In this document: piece after piece, positions 40,420 to 49,642 of the stretch
Numbering within the stretch: position 1 is the first letter of the stretch
How the letters are laid out: each line of letters begins with the position of its first letter
DNA from: Gemmatimonas sp.
GTDB taxonomy: Bacteria; Gemmatimonadota; Gemmatimonadetes; Gemmatimonadales; Gemmatimonadaceae
Length of the DNA: 64,000 nt
Assembly: GCA_965279375.1 (NCBI GenBank)
Contig: OZ257156.1
Location: 960,001 to 1,024,000, forward strand
Reading direction: 5' to 3'
Program-made: the position numbers and the translations under genes
Notes under the pieces: model-generated
What the model was told of the DNA's origin: nothing
The model's input: only the letters and a program-made list of their open reading frames with translations
Databases searched by the model: none

Positions 40420-41475
40420 ATGCCAGCAACGATCAAGGGCCCCGGCATCTTCCTCGCACAGTTCTCCGGCGATGCGGCGCCATTCAACTCGTGGGACGCC
40501 ATTACGAAGTGGGCCAGCGGGCTGGGCTTCAAGGGCGTGCAGATCCCGACCTGGGATGCCAGGCTCTTCGATCTCAAGAAGGCCGCCTCGTCCAAGACGT
40601 ACTGCGACGAAATTTCCGGCGTAGCCCGGGCGAACGGGGTCGAGATCACCGAACTGGCCACGCACCTGCAGGGGCAGTTGGTCGCCGTGCATCCGGCGTA
40701 CGATGAATCGTTCGACGCGTTCGCGCCCGACACGGCAAAGGGCAACCCGAAGGCGCGGCAGAAGTGGGCGGTGCAGCAGATGCTCTGGGGTGCCAAGGCG
40801 TCGAAGAATCTGGGGCTGACCAAGAGCGTGAGCTTTCCCGGTGCACTCGTCTGGCCCTATCTCTATCCGTGGCCGCAGCGCCCGGCCGGCCTCATCGAGA
40901 CGGCGTTCGATGAACTCGCGCGGCGCTGGCGTCCCATCCTCGATGCGTACGACGACGCCGGCTGCGATATCGCGTTCGAACTGCATCCGGGCGAAGACCT
41001 CTTCGATGGCGTGAGCTTCGAGATGTTCCTCGAGCGCGTGGACAACCATCCGCGATGCAACATCAACTACGATCCGTCGCATTTCCTGCTGCAGCAGCTC
41101 GACTATCTCGAGTTCATCGACATCTATCACGAGCGGATCACCTCCTTCCACGTGAAGGATGCCGAGTTCCGACCGAATGGCCGACAGGGTGTCTATTCCG
41201 GCTATCAGCCGTGGCTGCAGCGTGCGGGGCGCTTCCGTTCACTCGGTGATGGGCAAGTGGACTTCAAGGCCATCTTCTCCAAGCTGGCGCAGTACAACTA
41301 CGACCATTGGGCCGTGCTGGAGTGGGAGTGCTGCCTCAAGCATCCCGAACAGGGCGCTGCGGAAGGCGCACCATTCATCCGCGATCACATCATTCGTGTG
41401 ACCGAGAAGGCGTTCGACGACTTCGCCGGCGCGAAGACGGACGCGAAGCAGATCAAGCGGATGCTCGGCCTCTGA
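40420..41475 (+). CDS. sugar phosphate isomerase/epimerase (xylose isomerase-like TIM barrel)
   Basis: ELHPGE, NYDPSH, FHVKDAEF, GDGQVDF, LEWE. Confidence 0.92.
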   Translation: MPATIKGPGIFLAQFSGDAAPFNSWDAITKWASGLGFKGVQIPTWDARLFDLKKAASSKTYCDEISGVARANGVEITELATHLQGQLVAVHPAYDESFDAFAPDTAKGNPKARQKWAVQQMLWGAKASKNLGLTKSVSFPGALVWPYLYPWPQRPAGLIETAFDELARRWRPILDAYDDAGCDIAFELHPGEDLFDGVSFEMFLERVDNHPRCNINYDPSHFLLQQLDYLEFIDIYHERITSFHVKDAEFRPNGRQGVYSGYQPWLQRAGRFRSLGDGQVDFKAIFSKLAQYNYDHWAVLEWECCLKHPEQGAAEGAPFIRDHIIRVTEKAFDDFAGAKTDAKQIKRMLGL

Positions 41476-41521
41476 GCCGGTCAACCAAGACATACTCACG
41501 GGCGATCGGGAGAACAGTCGC

Positions 41522-42727
41522 GTGGCGATAGAAGCGAAGAGCGGAGCTGCACCATCGGATGCGCGTCGGATCCGATTGGGCATGGTCGGCGGCGGCGAAG
41601 GCGCGTTCATCGGTGGTGTGCATCGATTCGCGCTGCGCATGGATGACCAGTTCGAACTGGTGGCCGGGGCGCTCGCGTCCACGGCCGAGAAGGCGCAGCG
41701 CTCCGGGCGTGCACTGGGACTCGAGGACGATCGGAGCTACGCCGATTTCGTCGAGATGGCGCGCGTCGAATCGGAGCGTCCGGATGGCATCGAAGTCGTT
41801 GCGATCGTGACGCCCAACCATATGCATGCGCCGGTTGCGGAGCGATTCCTCGCTGCCGGTATCCACGTCATTTGCGACAAGCCGCTCGCGACGACATCGG
41901 CTGACGCGCGACGGCTGCAGGCGCTGGCCGCGGAGCGCAATCTGCTGTTCGCGGTGACGTACAACTACTCCGGCTATCCGATGGTGAGGCAGGCGCGCGA
42001 GATGGTGCAGAGTGGCATGCTCGGCGAGCTTCGCGTGGTGCAGGTGGAGTACGCGCAGGATTGGCTCACGGAACCGATCGAGAGCGACGGCCAGAAGCAG
42101 GCCGGATGGCGCACCGATCCATCCAAGGCAGGTGTCGGCGGCTGCATCGGCGACATCGGCACGCATGCGTATCAGTTGGCGCACTTCGTCACCGGGCTCG
42201 AGGCGACGGAGCTGCTGGCGGAGTTGAACTGCTTCGTGCCGGGGCGACGGCTGGATGACAACGCGCAGGTGCTCCTGCGCTACGCCAACGGTGCGCGCGG
42301 CACGTTGTGGGCGAGCCAGGTGGCGCCCGGCAACGAAAACGGTCTTCGTTTGCGAGTGTACGGTTCGAAGGGTGGGCTGGAGTGGAAGCAGGAGCATCCG
42401 AACCAGCTGTTCTGGTCGCCATTCGGACAGCCCACGCAGATCATCTCGCGCGGCTCGGGTTCGGCGGGTGCGGCGGCGGCGCGCGTGACGCGCATTCCGT
42501 CGGGACATCCGGAAGGGTATCTGGAAGCGTTCGGCACACTCTACAGCGAGATCGCGCAGGCGATCAGGGCACGTCGGCCGGGCGCGTCACCGCTTGATGC
42601 AGCGGTACAGTTTCCGACGGTGGTGGATGGAGTGCACGGCGTAGAGTTCGTGGAGACGGTGGTGGCGAGTGCGTCCCGTCGCGGCACGTGGGTGGCACTT
42701 CCGTCGTCGACCTCCGGCGCTCCGTGA
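41522..42727 (+). CDS. Gfo/Idh/MocA family oxidoreductase
   Basis: GMVGGGEGAFIG, TPNHMH, CDKP, GDIGTH, GHPEGYLEAF. Confidence 0.93.
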   Translation: MAIEAKSGAAPSDARRIRLGMVGGGEGAFIGGVHRFALRMDDQFELVAGALASTAEKAQRSGRALGLEDDRSYADFVEMARVESERPDGIEVVAIVTPNHMHAPVAERFLAAGIHVICDKPLATTSADARRLQALAAERNLLFAVTYNYSGYPMVRQAREMVQSGMLGELRVVQVEYAQDWLTEPIESDGQKQAGWRTDPSKAGVGGCIGDIGTHAYQLAHFVTGLEATELLAELNCFVPGRRLDDNAQVLLRYANGARGTLWASQVAPGNENGLRLRVYGSKGGLEWKQEHPNQLFWSPFGQPTQIISRGSGSAGAAAARVTRIPSGHPEGYLEAFGTLYSEIAQAIRARRPGASPLDAAVQFPTVVDGVHGVEFVETVVASASRRGTWVALPSSTSGAP

Positions 42728-43581
42728 TCATCTACGATCCAAAGAACTGGCTTCGCATCCTCCTCGACTTTCCGCGCAGTCGAGTCTTCCGCACGCTCGC
42801 GCTGGATGTGCTGGCCGCGGGCGGATACTCGGCGTTCGTCGTGTGGCTCGAGACGTCGGTCATGCGCGTCGCCGTCCCGCTCGGCCCCAGTTTCCTCTCC
42901 ATTCTGGGGATCATTCTGGGCCTGCTCCTCGTCTTTCGTACCAACACGTCATACGACCGCTGGTGGGAAGGACGTCGGCTCTGGGGACAGCTGGTCAACG
43001 CATCGCGTGCCCTCGCACATCAGTTGGACGCGCTGCTCGATCCAGCTGATCCGCGTCGCGCCGAGTATGCCGCACTGCTCACGCGCTTTCCGACGGCGCT
43101 GGCGGCGCATCTGCGACGTCCGCGCGGCACGCCGGGGCCGCACGTGCCCAATGCGATCGTGCAGGAGCTGACGCGCGCATTCCATCGTGATGTGCGCAGC
43201 GGACAACTGCCGCGCGAAACGACGGTGTCGCTCACGCCGCTGCTCATCATCTTCGACGATGTGTGCGGGGCGTGCGAACGCATTCGCAATACACCGATTC
43301 CATTCTCGTACAGCTCGTACGTGAAGCAGTTCGTGCTGCTCTACGCGTTGGTGTTGCCGTTCGGGCTCGTGAAGGAGTTCGGCTATGGCACGGTGATCGC
43401 GAGCATGTTCACCTTCTTTGCCACGATGGGGCTCGAGTTGCTGGCCACGGAGATCGAAGAGCCGTTCGGGACTGACCGCAACGATCTACCCCTCGACGAT
43501 CTGGCGGATCGCATCACGCAGGATGTGCAGCATATTCTCACCGGCGGTGTCGATCCCGCCGGCCCGATGCCTGTGGAGTAG
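42724..43581 (+). CDS. bestrophin family ion channel
   Basis: LLVFRTNTSYDRWWEGR, CERI..TPIP, IEEPFG..NDLP. Confidence 0.92.
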   Translation: MIIYDPKNWLRILLDFPRSRVFRTLALDVLAAGGYSAFVVWLETSVMRVAVPLGPSFLSILGIILGLLLVFRTNTSYDRWWEGRRLWGQLVNASRALAHQLDALLDPADPRRAEYAALLTRFPTALAAHLRRPRGTPGPHVPNAIVQELTRAFHRDVRSGQLPRETTVSLTPLLIIFDDVCGACERIRNTPIPFSYSSYVKQFVLLYALVLPFGLVKEFGYGTVIASMFTFFATMGLELLATEIEEPFGTDRNDLPLDDLADRITQDVQHILTGGVDPAGPMPVE

Positions 43582-43604
43582 CAGCGCTCCACGTCCACTC
43601 TCGA

Positions 43605-46600
43605 CTATCGCTGTATCACGATCTGCCGCGCGTTGTTTGATCGGTCGCGATCAATGCGCCGAAGCAACGGGTCCAGGACGAGCGACACCGGACGCTCTGG
43701 TAGCGTCAGCGCGAGATGCAGTTGCCCTCCGGACGTCCGCGCAGCACCGCGACGCAGCACGAGATTCGCATCGGCACCGCCCATCACGGCGTATTCGAGC
43801 AGCGCTCCGTCGGCCGGGACGATCTGCTCCCCGCTCGCCGACATCGAGACGCGGTCGACGCGGATGTTCGCCTCCACCGCGTACCCTGCGGTCCCACGCA
43901 CGGCCCATGCGCTGTCGAGGCGGATGTCGTGAATCACACGCCCCGTCATCCACTCATCGACGAGCGCGCGCGCTTCCGACGTCACCGCGGCATCTCGCAG
44001 CATGCGATGGAGCTGTGTCGCCGTCGCCGCGCCATGTGCGCCTCGTTCGCTCGCCACCAGCGCCGCAAGCACTCGGGTCAAGGTCGAATCACCCAACGTT
44101 GACCGGAGTGCGTGGAAGGCGAGCGCGCCCTTGCCGTAGTAGAGATACGCTTCGTCGACGGTGGAGATGAGTGCTGGTTCGGCATCCGCATCTTCGGCGC
44201 GCCCGCGCAGATAGCGATCATGATCGTATGACAGGATGGATGCGACGGCATCTTCACCCTGCAGCGAGGCGATGACGCGCTGCTCCGCATACTTGGCCAG
44301 CGATTCCACCAAGACCGTTGCGCCGGTGACGTTCAACGGCTCGACGCTGTGCCCCCACCATTGATGCGCCACCTCATGCGCCACGCGACGCGTCACGAGG
44401 TCCACGTCTCTCGAATCCAAGATCCGCGTAGCATCCGCGAGCATGCCTCGGTCTTCCGTGAAGAACAGCACCCCGGCAGTGGCGAACGCGCCGAATCCCC
44501 AGCCCGCGGGAATCTCCGCCATGCGGAGCACCGATCGCGGATATGGCCCCATCGAAGCGCCCATGAGCGCGATCGTCCGCTGTGCTGCCAACAGCATGCG
44601 CTCGACATTCTGATCGTGGCCGGGATGGTGCCAGACTTCGATGTCCACACCGTTCTGTGTGGCGCGGCGTACGTCATAGCGCGCAGAGGCGAACGCAAAT
44701 GTCGGAGTAGTTGGCTCCGGAACGTCGTACGTGAAGTAGCGCCGTCCATTCGTCGTCCAGGAGCGCGTCAGCGTGCCTGGTCCCACCACGTCCTGATCCG
44801 CGGCAGTGGAGACGGTCGCATGGATGGTCAGCCATGGTGGCGACTGTCCAACGCGACGCGCCAGTCGAGTGAGCGAGTCAATCGCCGCCGTGTCGGCGAG
44901 TCGAGTGGTTGCTGTACCAAGGGCGGCCGACGCGCGAATGCGCGGATCCGATTCCTCGAAGCTGCCGCGATAGCCGATGGACGGGAGCAACACGCTCGCT
45001 TGCAGGTAGCTGCCATCCCGGGCGACATCGAGATCGCTTTCACCGAGCCGTACGCCGCCGCGATCGAGCATGTAGTGATACTCCATGCGACGCAACTCGC
45101 CCGGTGCGAGTGGCGCTGCCAGCACAGCCGTCCACACGCCGAATCGCGAATCGTAGGTGAGCGTGCGCGCGCCCTGCAGGGTCAGGCGCACGGAGTCGGC
45201 ATCGCGGCGCGTCACCATCCAAACGGAATCAATGGTGCGCTCCGTTCGATTTTCGAGCGTGGCGATGCCATGCACCTGCGCAATGCGTCGCTCGGGAAAC
45301 AGGTCGACGTTGAGTTCCACCGCTCTGATGCTGGGTTGCGGCGCGCGTGCCGTGTTGCGATATCGCCGCTCATAGTCCACGCGCCACTGCGACTGCTCCG
45401 TAGAGCTGCGCCAACCGGTTGGGCCGTCATCATGCAACCAGAGCGCCGACGACGCACCGACACACAGCAATGTCGCCGCAACGGCCGCGAGTCGACCTTC
45501 TCGTCCCAACGCCGCGCCAATCGACTTGCAGCGCGCGACGAGTCCGCGATCCAGCCCACGTCGCCAGAGCCCCTGGCTCACCACGGCGATGAGCGCCGAC
45601 CAGCAGCCCCAGTACAACGCCATCGCGATGTACGAGGGCAGCGCGGGTCCGAAGCCATCGAGATCGGAGTACGAAACGAGAGGCGTCCACGCAAACCGCA
45701 GCATCGGGTGCTCGAGCCACGGCATCTGCCCACTCACCGACTGCACGAGGAACGCCACGCCTCCAATCAGCCCGACCCAGCGATTGACCGCGATCAGATG
45801 AATGCCAATGAGCACCACCGCGCGCCACAGCAGCGGAATACTCAGGAGGACTGACTGCCCCCAGAAAACCGAAGGAATGACCGGCTGATCTCCAGTCCAC
45901 AGCTGCACGCCGAGCGCGACCAGCAATCCGCTGAGCACGAGGAGCAACGGAATACTCCAGAGCGCGAACAGCTTGCCGACGTAGAAGGCTGCATTGGGCG
46001 TGGGCGTGGCGTCGAGCAAGGCGTCGAAGCGCAACGTGCGCTCTCTCCACACCAACTCTGCGGCGAAGTATGCCACGCTGACGTTGCCCAGCAGCGCCAA
46101 CGGCTCACGCAGGCGACTGGTCAGCAGCGCGCTCGTCGCCAGGACATGCGTACCGTACTCCCCGCCGCGCAACGCAGACATGATCTCGATGCCCACGACG
46201 AACATCCACAGCACCAGCAAGGCCTGCACGGTCCACGCGCCGAGCAGCAATCGAGTTTCGATGCGTAGCGTTGTGAGAAACGCATGCGACTGAGTCGAGA
46301 AGTTGGATGTCGACGCGACGACAGGCACGTACGCCGAACGCGGGACCGGGTCGAGCGGTCGTGTGTGCGTCCTCCTCCACCGAGTGATGAATGCACCGCG
46401 CGCCGCCCGCTCGGGCGCGCGGCGATAGCTTGTCAGCAGCAGCGCGATCGACACGCAGAACCACAGCACGCGATTCTGCAGAAAGTGGCCCTGCACCGGC
46501 AGCAGTCGGAAATTCCGTTCCGCCGGCGTCCAGTATCGGGTGGCCTCGAAGAACGCCGACAGACCGAACGGATCCAGCACTGCAGCGCGCGCCATCGACT

Positions 46601-47213
46601 CCGGCGTGGCCGGCGCGGCGCCGGCCATGAGCGGCGAGTCGATCAGCAGCGCCGTGACCATGTACAGCGAGAACAGCAGAATGCCACCGATGTACGTGGC
46701 CAGTGTGCTCCGCGTATACGTCGCCGCGGCGTATAGCACTGCGGTGATCAGCAGCAGATTCGGCGCGTACATCCAGACCAGCGTCCACACGTAGGGCAGT
46801 ATGCGTAGCGGCCCCACGCGCGATGGATCTTTGGCGACCAGATATGGTGCCACGAGCTGCAGCAGTAGCACGATGGCTGCAACGAACAGCGCGCTGCTCC
46901 ACAGTCCCAGCAGTCGGGTGGAATGCAGACGCACCAACCCAATCGGCCGCGAGTGGACGAGCTCACGCATGCGATGCTCGTCGTCGCGGAGCGCTCCATG
47001 CACGCACAGCATCGTCAACACCATCACGAACCAGAGCGTCAGCAGCCCGCTACTCTGAATGACGCTGTACGGCGAGTTGATGTACGCGGCCTCCGGCCCG
47101 TAGCCCTGTCGAACGAGGACGAGACTGAACGCGCAAACGATCAGTGCGATCGCGACATACGTCGCACGCCGCATCTGCCAGCGCCACTCGAACTGCAGCA
47201 GCTGCCACGTCAT
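43605..47213 (-). CDS. ABC-2 permease / M1 family aminopeptidase fusion
   Basis: Two multi-TM permease halves, DPFG and YSDLDGFG, then HEVAHQWW...ESLA and YYGKG. Confidence 0.88.
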   Translation of the reverse strand: MTWQLLQFEWRWQMRRATYVAIALIVCAFSLVLVRQGYGPEAAYINSPYSVIQSSGLLTLWFVMVLTMLCVHGALRDDEHRMRELVHSRPIGLVRLHSTRLLGLWSSALFVAAIVLLLQLVAPYLVAKDPSRVGPLRILPYVWTLVWMYAPNLLLITAVLYAAATYTRSTLATYIGGILLFSLYMVTALLIDSPLMAGAAPATPESMARAAVLDPFGLSAFFEATRYWTPAERNFRLLPVQGHFLQNRVLWFCVSIALLLTSYRRAPERAARGAFITRWRRTHTRPLDPVPRSAYVPVVASTSNFSTQSHAFLTTLRIETRLLLGAWTVQALLVLWMFVVGIEIMSALRGGEYGTHVLATSALLTSRLREPLALLGNVSVAYFAAELVWRERTLRFDALLDATPTPNAAFYVGKLFALWSIPLLLVLSGLLVALGVQLWTGDQPVIPSVFWGQSVLLSIPLLWRAVVLIGIHLIAVNRWVGLIGGVAFLVQSVSGQMPWLEHPMLRFAWTPLVSYSDLDGFGPALPSYIAMALYWGCWSALIAVVSQGLWRRGLDRGLVARCKSIGAALGREGRLAAVAATLLCVGASSALWLHDDGPTGWRSSTEQSQWRVDYERRYRNTARAPQPSIRAVELNVDLFPERRIAQVHGIATLENRTERTIDSVWMVTRRDADSVRLTLQGARTLTYDSRFGVWTAVLAAPLAPGELRRMEYHYMLDRGGVRLGESDLDVARDGSYLQASVLLPSIGYRGSFEESDPRIRASAALGTATTRLADTAAIDSLTRLARRVGQSPPWLTIHATVSTAADQDVVGPGTLTRSWTTNGRRYFTYDVPEPTTPTFAFASARYDVRRATQNGVDIEVWHHPGHDQNVERMLLAAQRTIALMGASMGPYPRSVLRMAEIPAGWGFGAFATAGVLFFTEDRGMLADATRILDSRDVDLVTRRVAHEVAHQWWGHSVEPLNVTGATVLVESLAKYAEQRVIASLQGEDAVASILSYDHDRYLRGRAEDADAEPALISTVDEAYLYYGKGALAFHALRSTLGDSTLTRVLAALVASERGAHGAATATQLHRMLRDAAVTSEARALVDEWMTGRVIHDIRLDSAWAVRGTAGYAVEANIRVDRVSMSASGEQIVPADGALLEYAVMGGADANLVLRRGAARTSGGQLHLALTLPERPVSLVLDPLLRRIDRDRSNNARQIVIQR

Positions 47214-48076
47214 TGGACGTGCAGTGCATTGAAGTACACATCGTCCAGCTCGGCGGCCACCGGCGAGCATGCGTCGGTCGGCGGCGCATCGCCAAGCACG
47301 CGCAGTCGGGTTGCCCCGGCGTGCAACTGACTCGACAGAACGCGATGCGATGCGCTGAACTGCGCGACGTCCGGCTTTACCACAGTCGCACTCCAAACGC
47401 GACCATCGAGTGCGTGCACGAGGTCGTCGGGCACGCCTTCGAGCACCACGCGACCCGCTGCCACCACCGCCATACGCGTGCACAGCTGCCGCACGTCCTC
47501 CACGATGTGCGTCGAGAGGATCACAACCACCCCTTCGCCGATCTCGCTGAGCAGGTTGTAGAAGCGACTGCGCTCCGCGGGATCGAGGCCGGCGGTCGGT
47601 TCATCCACGATCACCAGCCGTGGATCGCCAAGCAGCGCCTGCGCGATGCCAAATCGCTGACGCATGCCGCCCGAGAATCCGCTGACGGCCCGCTTGCGAT
47701 GGTCCCACAGATTCATCTGCACCAGCAAGGCCTCGACCTGCGCGCGACGGGACACGCGATCCGTGAGCCCCTTCAGCAGCGCCAGATGATCCAGCAGGTC
47801 CAGCGCCGAGAGTCCGGGATAGACGCCGAAATCCTGAGGCAGGTAGCCCAGTCGTCGGCGATGCGCCGACGCGTCCTCGAAGATCGATTGGCCGTCGAAC
47901 AGGCATCGTCCCGCATCCGGCGTCTGCAACGTCGCGAGAATCCGCATCAGCGACGACTTGCCGGCGCCGTTGGGCCCGAGCAACCCAAACAGCCCGCGGC
48001 CAACCCGCAGATTGATCCCGCGCAGCGCTTCGACGCCATTGGCGTAGCGCATGGTCACAGCAGCGATCTCCAGCAT
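47210..48076 (-). CDS. ABC transporter ATP-binding protein
   Basis: GPNGAGKS, FSGGMRQR, VDEP, STH. Confidence 0.95.
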   Translation of the reverse strand: MLEIAAVTMRYANGVEALRGINLRVGRGLFGLLGPNGAGKSSLMRILATLQTPDAGRCLFDGQSIFEDASAHRRRLGYLPQDFGVYPGLSALDLLDHLALLKGLTDRVSRRAQVEALLVQMNLWDHRKRAVSGFSGGMRQRFGIAQALLGDPRLVIVDEPTAGLDPAERSRFYNLLSEIGEGVVVILSTHIVEDVRQLCTRMAVVAAGRVVLEGVPDDLVHALDGRVWSATVVKPDVAQFSASHRVLSSQLHAGATRLRVLGDAPPTDACSPVAAELDDVYFNALHVQ

Positions 48077-48158
48077 GATCTCCTCGTCGTGGCCTTTCGT
48101 GATTCGGCTCCCGACGGATTGCGGACCGCATAGTTTCAGCACAATGTTGTCAATCGAA

Positions 48159-48178
48159 CATTCAGTTTTAACTAAATG
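48159..48178. promoter_or_regulatory. LysR-type T-N11-A operator candidate overlapping the LysR start codon
   Basis: CATTCAG-ttttaa-CTAAATG imperfect inverted repeat in an AT-rich divergent gap. Confidence 0.55.
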
Positions 48179-49096
48179 CTGAGCTTCGCTGATCTCGAGT
48201 TCTTTGGCATCGTCGCCCGGTCCCGGTCGCTGGCAGCTGCCGCACGAACGATGGACGTCACTCCGTCGGCCGTGACGCAGCGCCTGCAGGAACTCGAGCG
48301 GCGTATGGATGTCCGCCTGTTGAGCCGCAGCGGAGGGCGTCTCGCACTCACCGATGAAGGCGAGTTGCTGCTTGCACGGGGACGCCTGATCCTCGACGAG
48401 GTGAACGCGTTGACGGAGACCTTCGCCGCTCGGCGCGGGGAAGTCGTTGGGCCGCTGCGCGTGCTTGCACCGCTGGGTTTCGGACGGCGCTATGTCGCGC
48501 CAATCGCGGCGCAGTTCGCCGCCCAGCACCCGGCCGTTACCCTGGACATGCATCTCTCCGACCGGCCCGGCAGCATCCCCGACAACGCATGGGACGTTGC
48601 GATTCATCTGGGCGGACGGCGCGAGCAGGAGGAGAACGCACGGGTACTCGCGCCGAACTCCCGCCTTGTCTGCGCATCACCCACATACGTCGACACCCAC
48701 GGCACACCGTCGTCTCCACACGCACTCAGCGAGCATCAGTGCATCGCGCTGCGGGAGAATGATGAGGATGTGACGCTGTGGCGCTTCAGTGATGCTCTCG
48801 GTGCCGTGACGAACGTCCGCATCACACCGCGATTCGCCAGCAACGATGGCGATGTCGTACGCGACTGGGCGATCGCCGGACACGGAATCGTCGTTCGGTC
48901 CGAGTGGTCCGTCGCCGATGACCTTCGTGCCGGACGCCTCGTACGCCTGCTCGAGGACTACCGGTTGCCATCCGCCGACGTCGTGGCACTCATCGCGCCT
49001 CGCGGTGATCGATTGGAACGCGCGACGCGCTTTCTGCGAGCACTGGAAGCTTGTCTAACGCCGACACCGTGGCGAGAATCCTCGCCTGACCGATGA
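48176..49096 (+). CDS. LysR family transcriptional regulator
   Basis: SLAAAARTMDVTPSAVTQRLQELE, LTDEG, CASPTY. Confidence 0.93.
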   Translation: MLSFADLEFFGIVARSRSLAAAARTMDVTPSAVTQRLQELERRMDVRLLSRSGGRLALTDEGELLLARGRLILDEVNALTETFAARRGEVVGPLRVLAPLGFGRRYVAPIAAQFAAQHPAVTLDMHLSDRPGSIPDNAWDVAIHLGGRREQEENARVLAPNSRLVCASPTYVDTHGTPSSPHALSEHQCIALRENDEDVTLWRFSDALGAVTNVRITPRFASNDGDVVRDWAIAGHGIVVRSEWSVADDLRAGRLVRLLEDYRLPSADVVALIAPRGDRLERATRFLRALEACLTPTPWRESSPDR

Positions 49097-49127
49097 AGTC
49101 GTACCCGCCATCCATCCCGCGTCTGCC

Positions 49128-49622
49128 ATGATTCGCCTCCTTCCGGTTTCCCCAGAGCTCGAGTCGGCCGTACACGACGCAGACGCTCTGCTGGCTGTCA
49201 CCGGCGCATCCGCGGGAGACTGCGCGGAGTTGCTGCAGGACATCATCGCCCACAGCGCCGCGCATCGCACCAACACCAACGGCACCTACGCGTGGGGCGG
49301 ATTCATCGCGGTCACGACGGCGAGGCCATCCGTGGTGATCGGCACCTGCGCATTCGTCACCGCACCAAACGCCGACGGTGAAGTGGAAATCGCCTACTTC
49401 ACCTTCCCGCCCTTCGAGGGGCAGGGGTACGGCAACGCGATGGCCAGCGCCCTCGTCGATCACGCGATCGCGAGTGGTGCGGTGCGCGTGGTATTCGCAC
49501 ACACGCTCCCCGAGTCCAACGCGTCCACATCCATTCTCGCGCGACAAGGGTTCGAGCAGACCGGAATTTCGCACGACGCCGACGCGGGCGAGGTCTGGCG
49601 CTGGGAGCGCGCCATCGCCTAG
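49128..49622 (+). CDS. GNAT family N-acetyltransferase
   Basis: VEIAYFTFPPFEGQGYG, AHTLPESNAS. Confidence 0.9.
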   Translation: MIRLLPVSPELESAVHDADALLAVTGASAGDCAELLQDIIAHSAAHRTNTNGTYAWGGFIAVTTARPSVVIGTCAFVTAPNADGEVEIAYFTFPPFEGQGYGNAMASALVDHAIASGAVRVVFAHTLPESNASTSILARQGFEQTGISHDADAGEVWRWERAIA

Positions 49623-49642
49623 CGTCGCCAGCGTGTACCGCA

